Both the position numbers and the translations under genes were made by a program. Positions 34,962-48,891 of a DNA stretch of 64,000 bases are shown one piece after another (position 1 is the first letter of the stretch; each line of letters starts with the position of its first letter). The stretch is taken from the NCBI RefSeq assembly GCF_009914755.1, contig NC_060930.1. One strand, written 5' to 3'. Origin of the DNA: the human T2T-CHM13v2.0 reference genome, Homo sapiens. Under the pieces are notes generated by a model. It worked only from the letters and a program-made list of their open reading frames with translations. It had not been told where the DNA came from and did not search any database.

Positions 34962-35659
34962 TTAAACCCAGGTTTTTCTAACCCCTGAGACCTTGGGCTA
35001 ATCCTCTTCCCTTTACCCCAGTCTCACTGGGGCACTCTCATTTTCTTCGTTTTTATCCTGTAACGAAGGAATTTGGTGGAAAATGTCTACACTCAGTTTT
35101 AAGGAACTGTGAGCATAACTTTGCAGCATAGTTGTCAGTCTTGGATGAAGAAAGGTCTTGTTGAGGTAGGGTAGTGGCACAGGAGCAAAACCATACAGTC
35201 TCAGATTCTGCCCCTGCCATTGCTGTGAAATGGGGTCTGTATGCAAATGTTTAGCACAGTGCCTGGGAATGCTAAGCTTTGGACAAATACAAGTGTTGGA
35301 AGTACAACATCGCAAAAGCACCTGGTCCGTCAGATGGTGGCAGGGGAAGGGGAGTTTGTGGGAGAATCAGTTTGTGAAATGGGGAATTGGGCAGTGTAGG
35401 GAAGGTGTGGTGAACCCTTGCAGGAGAAAGAAGAGGAAATTCAATAAAGGTTGGGAGGAGATACTTCTGAGCAGAAGACAGAGTGGGAGAAGGGAGTTTA
35501 ATTCTTGGCAAGGAGTGAGAGACGCCAGCCCGCCCAGGGAAGAAGAGCAGGACAAGAGCCGAGGAAAAGGGGATGGAGCTCTGGTGATCTGATGCAGAAC
35601 CCGCAATGTGTGCGTGGTAAAACATGACCCTCCACTTGGGAGCTTCGTATTCCAATTCC

Positions 35660-35962
35660 CTTTTGTTGTTGTTGTTGTTGTTGTTGTTGTTTGAGATGGA
35701 GTCTCGCTCTGTCGCCCAAGCTGGAGTGCAGTCAGGCGATCTTGGCTCACTGCAGCCTCTGCCTCCCGGACTCAATTTATCCTCCTATCCCAGCCTCCTG
35801 AGTAGCTGGGATTACCGGTGTATGCCACCACGCCTGACTAAGTTTTGTAGTTTTAGTAGAGACGGGTTTTCACCATGTTTCCCAGGCTGGTCTCGAACTC
35901 CTGGCCTCAAGTGATCTGCCCGCCTCCGTTGGAATTACAGGCGTGAGCCACTGTGCCTGGCC
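35660..35962 (-). mobile_element. Alu with (TTG)n tail
   Basis: Antisense dimer. Confidence 0.92.
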
Positions 35963-37169
35963 GTTTTTAGTTTAGGTAACCTCTGAATCCTGTCCAACTC
36001 TAAACTTCTGCCATTTTAAGGAGGGACAGTGGTTCCTACGCATCCCTGAGTCCTGTGTAGCTAGGTATTTTATGTCGTGTGATGTCCTATAAAGAGCATT
36101 ATACATGAAGACTCACCCAACAGGAGGGACATCTAGAAACAAGCAACTCACATTGTGCTGTGAGAATAAATGACTTACCCAAGTGAATGAACTTAGCCCT
36201 GAAAAGACAAACGTGACTTGCAGCCCACGTCATGGAGACTTTGTGTGGGTTTTTAGTCCTGTGTTGTTTAGATGATGTTCTTTTTAAGTAACAGCATGTG
36301 CCTAGTGGCTCCCCTGAGGTCCTTGAGAAAATTAAATAATCATCTTGTGACACGGTCCTCATGCTCACGTTTCTAGAATGCAGGAGAACTCGGATGCTCT
36401 GAAATGGGCATTAAAACAATTTGTTAAGAGAGCTTTAGAAGCACCAATGAAGGGGAAATATCCTACATTTACCCTGGTTGTTAAAATTTTAAAAAGGAAT
36501 GGGGAGAGAGAGAGAAAGTGACAACTCTAGGAGAAAACCACAATCATAAGTTTTAATTCAGTAATTTCAAAAATAGCCATTGGAAGGTGTCTATTTTCAA
36601 TTGAGACTGCTCCCTTAAGGGGGTGTTCAGAAGAATGTCTGCAAAAGAGATCTTTTTTTAAGTTCAGTCACTTTTAAGGGTTAGTCCTTGTCCTCCTTGT
36701 CCTGGATTTGCTCAGATTCTCGCGTTCTTTTTTCTGTCTCTGGAATTCCATAGACAGTAATTAAGGAACTGGAGGCCAGCAGGAGGTCAGGGAGCCTTCC
36801 TCAGTGAAAACAGGGATTGTTGGCCATGCACAACACTCCCTTTTTTCCTTGTGGTGAATAGGAGATTTGCTTAGAGCTGATGACTTATGCCTTTCTTGCG
36901 AGTTATGCAGTTAGCAAGCGACTGGGGAATCAGTCAGCAAGCAGAAAGAAGCTAATTGAATCCAGTGTCTTCCCCTTTCTCCTTCGGATACTGAGCTGTG
37001 ACGGTGGAGCCTGCCTGATCATGTAACTCCAGAGAGACATGTTCCAGGAGTGCCTAATCTTAATTTTGAGATTGCGGAGTTTGATGCTACAAGAGTGAAG
37101 ACGCTCTCCGAGTGGGGAGGGGGGTGGGAGGTACAGGACGTCTTCAGAATTACCCCTTAGGCTTGCTAA

Positions 37170-37181
37170 ATGCCGAAGCCG
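37170..37181 (+). CDS. SASH1: Putative coding end (MPKP) of an alternative SASH1 first exon in intron 8
   Basis: ATG CCG AAG CCG|gtaagt: consensus donor, phase 0, compatible with exon 9, in non-repeat CpG-containing context. The exon 5' end cannot be determined. Confidence 0.5.
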
Positions 37182-39017
37182 GTAAGTCACTGAATGCGTT
37201 CAATGGGAAAGAAAGAATGTGTTTTCTGTTGCTTCAAGTAAAAGTTTTTGCTGCTCCTGCCTATGATGTTTCTCTCTCTTTTCTTCTTAAATTCCTCTAG
37301 ATTTGTCCTTCTTCGCCTGTTTACTTCCCTACCTGGTAACCCTGAGCATTTTTGCCTGGCATTTTCACCAGTGAAAATGCGTAACTTTTAGAGAATAGTG
37401 AGTATTGTTTTGAGAATTTGAGACAATGAGCATATATGGCTCAGCTGTGAATTGTGGAGGCTTTTCCTGGGGAGGACTTGAATTCAGACAGTGTTGCACA
37501 TTGCTTTTCATAAGCTTATATCTGATTGGCTTCCTTCTCTTAAGTTTAAGATTAACGCTGTGACACAGCCGACCTAGAAAGCTGAAGTATGTATGTCTAA
37601 TCATGCGCTAGGTTAGAGAGACCAGTGTGTGAATTTCACAGGCAAGTACATTTCCAGTTTCAAATTGCTTTTCAGAAATGTTTAAATATCTCTCGGTGTT
37701 ACGTGGCGCTGGGGGAGATGAGTGGGCTTAGTCTGGGTGTTAATTGTGACAGCGTGTCGTGTGTTTCGAGCTAGGGAAACAAGCTGAGTGAAAGTGCTTC
37801 TGCAGAGGGCACAGTTGTAATCCTGTGATCAGCGTGGTGGTCTCAAGCGGTCCTCCAAAGGGTCTAGTTGCTCCTTGCAAATTGGTTTTAACCTTTATTA
37901 CAGCATATTGCCATTGTGCTTGCACAACTGTGCCATATGGCTTTTGGAAAGGATTTGTTCTGCACACTGCAGTCCCAAGAACTGTTTGTTACAGGGTCCG
38001 GTGAAGTATCTGTTACCGACCAGCAGTGACAGGTTTACTTGGAGCAGGGAGAGGATGCATTTAGTGAGCTCCGGCACACAAATGTTTGTACTCACAGATG
38101 CTATTCATTTTGTTCCTTTTTTCTGATCATCCAGCGTGTAGCTGTGTTATAAAAAGTTCTCCACGCTGGCTCCATGTCTTTCCTATTAGAACATTGCAGA
38201 TGTGTCAAGGATGCACTTGTTCCAAAAGAAGCTGGGAAGGAAGGAGGCTCCACCCTCCTCCGGGTGCCAGACGGGCCCCATAGGTTCCTCATTCAGTGGC
38301 CTGGCCGGCAAATGGTGTGCTATCTCTTTAAAGCAGCTATAGTTTTGTGTCTTGGCTTGGTCAATTTGTTATGGTTTAAAACTGTGGAGCCAGCTGTCTG
38401 CAATCTGATGTAATGTTGCTATGGAAACCAGAAATGAAACACTTAAGCATTCACCACAGAATTACTACATATAGCATTAGCCAAAGTAATTAAAAGTTGA
38501 GCCATATGGGCTTTCTGCTGGAAAAAAATCTGCAGAGGAGAGGCTGGAAATCAAATGTTTCTGTTTACAATATTGGAAATCCACTTTTCCACAATTTTTG
38601 GTGGGATAAGTTGCCTTTTTCTCTTGAAGGTTTTCTGGTGAGGAGCTGTCATACAGATGATTGAGTTCACCTTCTCACTGAGAAGATGATCTGTTTAACT
38701 CTGACCCAGGGTGGGACAAGGGAGGGGAGGCCACACTATCTCATGTTTGAATGTGTGTGAATATATACTTTTATTTTTTAACTTTAGTTTAAAACCTGTT
38801 CTATAACAGTGCTGAACCTATTTCTTAGAATCAGTCATTTATTTTATATACAATGCAGATTTCCTCTATCTTCTACGAAGTTTTTCACATAGGAAGATTT
38901 CTTTTAAAATATACATAGTATTTGAATTTAAAAATTATATATTTTTTATGTTTATAAATATAAAAATTCTCAAGCCCCCATCCCTGGTGGTGTATTTCCT
39001 GAATAAAAAGACATGCT

Positions 39018-39362
<345 letters not shown>

Positions 39363-39623
39363 TTAAAAAGAGAAATATGACATGAGGAATTCAAGATTTA
39401 CTCTCCAGTTTAGAAGAAATGCAAGCCTTTTACAGCGTTTTTGTGTTAAAACAGCTGGAGAGAATTTTTTAAAGGCAAATATTTCACAACGCTTTTTTCC
39501 TCTGGACTCAGTAGGAAGTGAGAAGTCAACACCTCTCCATCAATATCATGGATGCAGCAATACATTCTTGGGATAGGTTGTTGAACTCAAGTAACTTCTA
39601 GGCTGACTTCTAGGTTAATTTTC

Positions 39624-39627
<4 letters not shown>

Positions 39628-39673
<46 letters not shown>
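39628..39673. repeat. (CA)n microsatellite
   Basis: About 22 perfect AC units. Confidence 0.97.
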
Positions 39674-39675
<2 letters not shown>

Positions 39676-40226
39676 TGGATGACCTGGATTTTATATTGCA
39701 TTTTTCTTCGTATAAATTGTGCCGCATCTATCTTGTCTAGCGTCCAAAAAATGATCATGGAAAAGAAGGACTTGGTTGCCATGGTTTGTGATTTGTCAGT
39801 GACAAACACCTCCAAATCTTGATTTTTCTAGAAAAATAAAAATAGCATTAATTCAAAGGTACAAAGAAGTATAATTCAAAGGTATAATTCAAAGGTGTGT
39901 TTCTCAAAAATAAATGGAACATGTGAAAACAATTAAATAAGTACCTGGAATATGTTACTTTTTGCCACAGTGAATCTGGGCAGAGGAAAGTAGGATTTTA
40001 TGAGGAAGGCATTGCCTTTAAATCTACTGTCCTTGTTTAACTATTTTGATTTCTCCTTGGAAAGTTCACTCTAGTACATATAATGATTTGTGTCTTTGTG
40101 GACTAAAATTTTTGTATTAGTTTTTTCTATACCCCATTTCTCTTACTGCCCACTGTCCCATGCATACACACACCCACACCACCACCACCAACCAGCAAAC
40201 TAGGTATGAGGTATACACATCAGTAA

Positions 40227-40592
<366 letters not shown>

Positions 40593-42606
40593 GATTTCAA
40601 CATTTTTAAATGTGAGGATTAGAGACATATTCTAGGTTTGTCCCGTTGATAGTTATAGAGACTTTCTATAACATAATGTTGATTCTTCTTCTATTAGAAT
40701 TGCTTGGCTTTTGAGCTACATCAAGAGAGCAGAATGTTTTTAAATGTTTATATGTAATTCCATGAACTGTGGGTTTTTCAGGTGCTTGTTACCCAGAATG
40801 AGGGTTAACCAAGTTCTCATTCCTCTGGTTGACCGCTCCAACCATTTCATCACATGTCAACAATCCAACCAAGTAGAAATGAAACTCAAACCAGACAAAA
40901 CCATTTTGTATTATGAACTACACTTATTATTCTAATTTTTTATATTTTTAGTTTTAAGCCTAATTGTCAGCATCCAGTGTAGCCTGTCCCCACCGTTACC
41001 TGGGAGTCCAGTTCCCATTCTTTATTACTAGGTAACCAGTACTTAGCTTTAATTCTGACACTTGCAGGCAACATTTTATCTAGTAATTTTAGAGAAATTG
41101 GACATAGATATTAATACACTTTACAGAAGAGAAGTCTGAGAAACACTTCTGTCCTGATGACTTGCTGATGTTAGGTTTATAGTTAACCGTAAGTGGGTAA
41201 ACGGTTTGCTGATAGTCATACAGGGAGAAAGTACCATGGCTCCATGCCTTGAGTTCCAGGGTGAGGACAGAGGCCAGGACATCAGTTGTTTATATCCCTT
41301 ACTATCCTTGTACTAATGTTCGTGCCATAGTGCAAAGAGGACTCACAACGTGCACCATTTTTATGCCTAAATAATGCATAGAAACTCTACTTCTTCTTCT
41401 CTTGAGGTATTCTCTGCAACTCTTGCTTATCTGTTTTATTGTCTGTAACACTGGGATTAGTGAGAGCTTTTCTTTGGGAGAAAAGTCTCTACATTAGATT
41501 TGTATTCAGAGATGAGGCTTGTTTTTGTTTTGTGTGTTCATTTGAGGCATTTATCTTCCTACTGTTCCATGAACTGGGTTGGAGGAAATGGAGAGAAGGT
41601 TGTTGTCAGGGCGTGCGACGTGAGCTGGAATTGCTCACCCACTGCACAGGGTGTGCCGAGGCGGCTGCTCCCAGGCATGCCCACGCACCCGTGTTGCACA
41701 CTCGTTTAGTCAGAGATCTCTTATGCTGTTTCACATTTTGAACAGATACAACAGAGGAAGCTGCATATTGGATGTTGGAGCTGACTTAGAAATGAAACCC
41801 TCATTTTGTTCACAAGGGAAGGATTGTTTTTAGCCTGGGTCACTGCTGCAGAGAGAGATATTTTTCCCTCTCTCTGTAATGTTTGATACTTGAGGGAAAA
41901 CAGCTGGGCCTGAGCATGCTGACTCCCTGCAAAGTGCAATGGGCTGCTGGGGAATATGGACTGTACTGTATGGCTGAAAGGTCAGCTTTTTCCCTTGTCT
42001 CTCTTGGAGGAATGCAGGGTCTGTCCTCACATTCGCCTTGTGAGCCCTTAGAAGGAGCCGGGAGAGGCGGAAGGGCTGGCTGCAATGTGGCAGACAGTCT
42101 TAGCCAATGGGATGGAAGAGGCTGTTTGCATCTCTTTCCCTTTCCTGCCCTGCTGTTTTTGATTTTCGGGGGAGGGCTGGAAAAAGCCAACAGAATTTTG
42201 GTTTGGAGAAGTAGTTGATGACCACGTTAAACAGCAAGCCCTGATGGGCCAGACAGATGAGAGCCTGGCCCAAACCACAGCAGTGAAACTGGAATTACAG
42301 GGCCAGCATCGGAGGGAGAGTCCTGCTGGAGTCCTCCTAAGAGAGGACAAGGAAGTAGTTGAGACAGATGCCCCCACAGGCCACTTGCCCCCACTTGCCC
42401 TTGAGGGCAAGGATGTGTGTTTCCGTGCCTAGGACCTAATTCTACGCCGATTTAGATCTTAAGATGGTATGTGGCACTTTGTAAACCTCTTGGGCAAATT
42501 TTTGTTGGTTCCCAAGTTCAGCAACAGAGCTGCCGAGGTTCAGACTGGCAGCAAGGCCGGCTACATCCAGCCACACGGGCAAAGCTTGGAGCAATTACCT
42601 GATTAA

Positions 42607-42897
<291 letters not shown>

Positions 42898-44894
42898 TGA
42901 ATCTGGCAGGACTATGCCTGCCAGCAGAGTGATGCTCAGATGCGATGATGTGATGGAATGAAGGGTCCTGGTGTCAGGCGTTTGGGGTGCTTAGTCATTT
43001 CAATTTAAAAGATGGGAAATGGAAATTTTCTCGAGGTGTAGTATAGCTTTATGTATGAGCTTATACCATTTTATATAAACTTTCTAACTTTTTCACATGA
43101 GCCTCCAATCCCAAAAAGGACTATGGTTCTTGCTCAGTGAATTTAGTTCAAATTTCATGTACATACATTTTGAAGAAATGCCTAACAATCAAGGCACCTA
43201 ATATCCCTTTAAATTTCTCAGGGTTGATTTGTTCTTCCTGTAGAGAGTCTCAAGTCTCAATTCAAATGGGGGCTTTAAGGACCTAGGATTCTAAGAGAAT
43301 CTTTTAAGAGTTGTATTGCTGGGGTTAGCCAGGTGAAACAGTAATGTCAAAAGACATCAGCTTGGATTTATTGAAATGGATAGTTAGCCTTTGACATATA
43401 ATTATGACAGTTCAAATCTCAACCTTATTCATCTCTCTTGTTAGTAATGTGCCTCTTTGCAGCATCTTATAAATTCTCCCCAAAAAGGTAAAATGAAAGA
43501 ATAAGATAAGATTTTTTCTGTTTGAAAAATGAAAATAGTTGAATTGGATAAAAATACTGGAAAGACTATGCTTTTTAAAAAACACCTTACTTGTTAAAAT
43601 GTCATATCTACATTGTGAGGAATTTCAAAATTTTAACATGTAGGTTTTAAAATTATTTTTGTAGAGGCATTTTTGTTATATAGAAATAAAATCAAGCCAT
43701 GTAAAGAAATGAATTTCCCCTTATTTGCAAAGATAAGGGTTTTTCGTTTTTATTGCTGCTTTTAATTTGTGTTTGGTATTATTCGTGGGTTTAAATCCCT
43801 TAGAATAATACCAAAGCTAAGTGGGTAACTGTGAGAGAATGGGGATTCGAATGGAAAACAAAAACATGGGGAGAGAAATCAGCTTTGTGGCCAATTTCTT
43901 GGGTTGTTTTCAGTTCCGGGGTTTCATTAGGGTATCTTTTTGCGTGGTAATTCTGTTTACATTTGGATGCAATGCTGATTTTACATTTGGGTGTTTTAAT
44001 ACCTGCCCGCCAGTCGTGAATTCCACAGTATTGAATGTACCCTGTGGCGGCCCTTACCGAAATCACAGACAGGGTCAGTTGGTACTGTTGGGGGAACCAT
44101 ATGGAATTGCCAACATTCAACTTTAAGGGCACATTTGGTAACAAATCTCATGAACACTCGGCCAAAATCAAGCCTCAGATATAACAAATAGATGGGTGGG
44201 GTTCATCCATAACTGAGATAACATGGGCAAAGTATCTAGTCCTGGGCCTGTTCCCCAGTGGGCCCTTCACACATGATAGTGGTGTGTTAAAGCAGCCTTT
44301 CCACTAGAATAACATGACTAAAAATACAGACATTGTAATTTGCACATTTATTTCAGAATAAATCAATCCAACTATCTTTGAGAGGCATCAATGGAAAAGG
44401 AAAAATATAGCAAAAGGGATAACTCTAACGTAAAAAGTAATAACCATATGGAATTCTGGCTCTGAACTTTAATTTATCTGGGCACAAATCAGGCTTCACA
44501 GATGGAAGATGGATTTAGTGAACTCAAATCCTAAGGTACACTCTGGCATCTGATGAGTCAGGGTGCTGAGTTGCCGTTGGCCAAGCTCACCCATCTTCTC
44601 AGGAGAGGCCCCAGGTGTGTGTGTAGCTCAAGGCGCCTGCTTTGGGCTGCCCTCCAATTCCCTGCTAAACTGGAACTTCCTCCAACCCCTGCACAATAGA
44701 GAACTCTCTGAGGGTCCTCACTGGCAGTGGTACTTGGGAGAGGCTATCTTGGCCCCTGTCCATCTTGCAGAGCAGGAAGGATTCATACGCCAGTAGGCGC
44801 CCCCTCCCCCCTCCCCCGCCCTTGGACTTACAAAGGGTTGATCCTTTGACTTCCTGCGTGCCTGTGCTAATACCAAGTTGTCTGCATGATAATC

Positions 44895-45080
44895 ATCATG
44901 TATTGAGGGCACACCGTGTGCCAGGCACTTTCCTTAACACTTTAGATTTTATATTCTCTTTAATGTCATCCTCAGAATAGCTACCAGAAGTAAGCACTTA
45001 CACCATCCTCATTTCGAAAATGAGGAACCTGAGACTCAAAGAGGCTAAAAGTAATTGACTCCTGGCCACTCAGCCAGCCA
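44895..45080. mobile_element. MIR
   Basis: tgtgccaggcact...atgaggaacctgagactcaaagaggctaa core-like sequence. Confidence 0.65.
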
Positions 45081-45469
45081 GCAGAAGGCCCAGCACGATG
45101 TCCAGGCAGCCTGCTCCCTGACAGCAGCCTGTTCTCACTCCGCTGCCACCTGTCTCCCCCACCAGCTCTGGAGTCCTCGGAAAGCCAGGAGAGAGATCAG
45201 TTCTTCATTCATTCTCACCCTTGCACCCTGGGTTTCAAGTCCTTATCCTGTCAGGGACAACCCTGGCCAATCTTTAATCTAGGCTACATTGGTGCCCTTT
45301 ATCTGCCCATTTCTGTGTCTTTGCCACAGAATGCACACCTTTCCTTCCCTCATTGCTCCCACTCAGTTCTCTCCAGTAATGAATCGCCAGTTTTGTAGAA
45401 AGCCTTTCAGTTCATACAGCACTTTCACGTAACTCTTTTATGAGGATAATGTTTACTGTTATCATCACA

Positions 45470-45620
45470 ACAGCCTTGCCAGGGGTATTATGGAAAGATA
45501 GGTAGGCATTATTACAGATGAGGAAACAGAGGCTCAGAGCCAGGAAGTAATTGCCCAAGGTCATGGAGCTGTGAGTGGCAGAGCCGGGCTGGATGCAGAG
45601 CATACCCCTGAGTTCCTGGC
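45470..45620. mobile_element. MIR
   Basis: ttacagatgaggaaacagaggctcagag...gtaattgcccaaggtca core. Confidence 0.75.
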
Positions 45621-47658
45621 ATTAAGTCAGCCCACAGCCTACCTCTCTCCTCCTGCCAAAATCACCTTGCCTTTGGTAAGCCGGTCTCAGCTGAATAAGA
45701 TAGATGATGGAGGCCTTCACGTGAAGCAAATCACAGCAAATGTGATGGAGTGAGCTCATCTTGATGGTCACTCTTCCAGTAGGGGAGTTGTACGCTCAAG
45801 TCAGAGAAGGATGGGAGAAGCGATGCTCCAAGTTCAAGCCATCCAGGTCAAGGTTGGGATTCCAAGCCACTGGTCAGGCTCAGACGGAAAAGCCCGCACT
45901 ACAGGAGGCCTGCCCTCAGCACCGGCAGATGCAGCCTCCTGGGAAGCGTTTGCTACATTTCCCTCACAACCCCTTACCAGATGCTGACTTTCCTGAACCC
46001 GAGAATAGAGCTACATTCGTCATGGACATGCGTGCACCAGCTGGTTCCAGACTCAGATGTGACACCAAAGTATTGGAATCTCTGACAACAATCCTAAGCA
46101 CAGAGCCCAGAAAATGTCCAAAGCAACTGCTGAGTGACAGATCCTTAGGATACGCAGGGTGGACTCACCTGACTTCCCTGAAACCCCTTAGGACTGTGGG
46201 TGGAGAAGGGCCTTTGTACATCTGCGTGGACACCTGGGCGGATGGTGAAGCCACAACCACGCTCGACTTCTTTAATAGAGAAGTCCATGGTTGGGCTGCC
46301 CCTGCCACAGGTTGTGCCTCTAGTCTTAGCCCAGTCGCTTCTTCTTGGAAGTGGAGGGTAGACTATAACTAGAAGAGGTTGCCATTTTTATTTCCAACAG
46401 CATAAGAACCCTTGGTCTCCACACCTTGTCAGTCAGGTGTCCTGAGGAAGGAGCGGGAAACTTCCAGGATATTGGTACCCTGCATCTGGGCTGGTGAATT
46501 TCTGTGAGAACCCCGAATCCTGCCTTTAAAGTCCCCCTGAAAGATCCCTGAACAACTCTTCAGGGGACTGTGGGCTAGGCAGAGTTTTACATCTTCTTTT
46601 CCACTTTCCAGCTTCCCCACCACCGTCTGCTGGGCATGAATGTAAAGTTGACCTTGGGTTGTATTTAATAGCAGCTGTTCTTTTTTGTTGTTGTTGTTAG
46701 ATTTGTACCTATAAATCCCATCAATTGGGAAAGTAAGCCATTTTTAGAATTTTAAAGGATGGCTGCCGTTCTTTTCCCCTCTGAGTTTTGCTCTGAACTG
46801 AGCATAGCTCCCCTTTTTCTCTGACATTTAACCACACACTGGCGCCCTCGTCCCAGCTGGTATATTTAGTGCCATCCTTCTGTTCCAAGGAACTTTTCCT
46901 TTTTTCCTCTTCACAATTCAGCGGGTGGAAAGCTGCAGAGCTCAAAGTTTCCCTATAATTAAAGGGACACAGCCAGTTGGGATCGCTACACCCACAGTTT
47001 GACCTACTTCTTTTCTCACATCTGTTCACATAACACATGCGGAAAAGAACTTGGTTTTCCTGCCAAGTCCAAACCTTTCCACCGGGCTCTGGAGGGCTTG
47101 GCTTGCCACCTGGCTCCAGTGAGGGCTTCAAGAGCTGGAATCCCTGAGACCAGTGGGACCCTGGAGCTGCCTGCGTGTCAGGGCCCTTAAACGCCCTGGC
47201 TGCTCCTAGTGAGGCCTGAGTTGATGGGAGTATCTGGCCGGGATCACTGAGTTTCCTAACTTTTTGCATTTGGCCTGTCAGCTGGAGACGATGTGTCAGT
47301 CACATTTGCAAGATACAACGCTTTATAGTGTTTCTCCCCACCAAAACTTCCTTGGAGATTTAGTCACTCAAATGGCATATGTACCAATAAAACAATCACT
47401 GTCAGCCACATGACATTTATCACACTCCAACTATAAAAAGCGACCAGAGCCAACATAAAGGAGTGCCTTTCAGAAGGGGGAAAGATCCTGATTCCTAGTT
47501 TCAGAGGGTTGCATTTACAAACTGCAGAGGGCATTATCTCGAAATGCTAAGGCATATTGTGATTATGGCTAGCTTAGATTTTGCAAACGGCATTTTAAAT
47601 ACGCCTGTGAAGGTGTTAGGTCTACAAAGATATTTAAAGAAGAAGAAAACACATCTGA

Positions 47659-48891
<1,233 letters not shown>

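Noticed and set aside
39849-39896. Short tandem copies of taattcaaaggt (also gggaacttga x2 near 987 and gcacataccta x2 near 16797)
   Set aside because: Ordinary slippage duplications; no spacer structure, so not a CRISPR-like array.
45761-46372. 203-aa ORF
   Set aside because: It starts at TTG, resembles nothing I recognise and has no clear phase-compatible splice sites; probably chance in moderately GC-rich intron.
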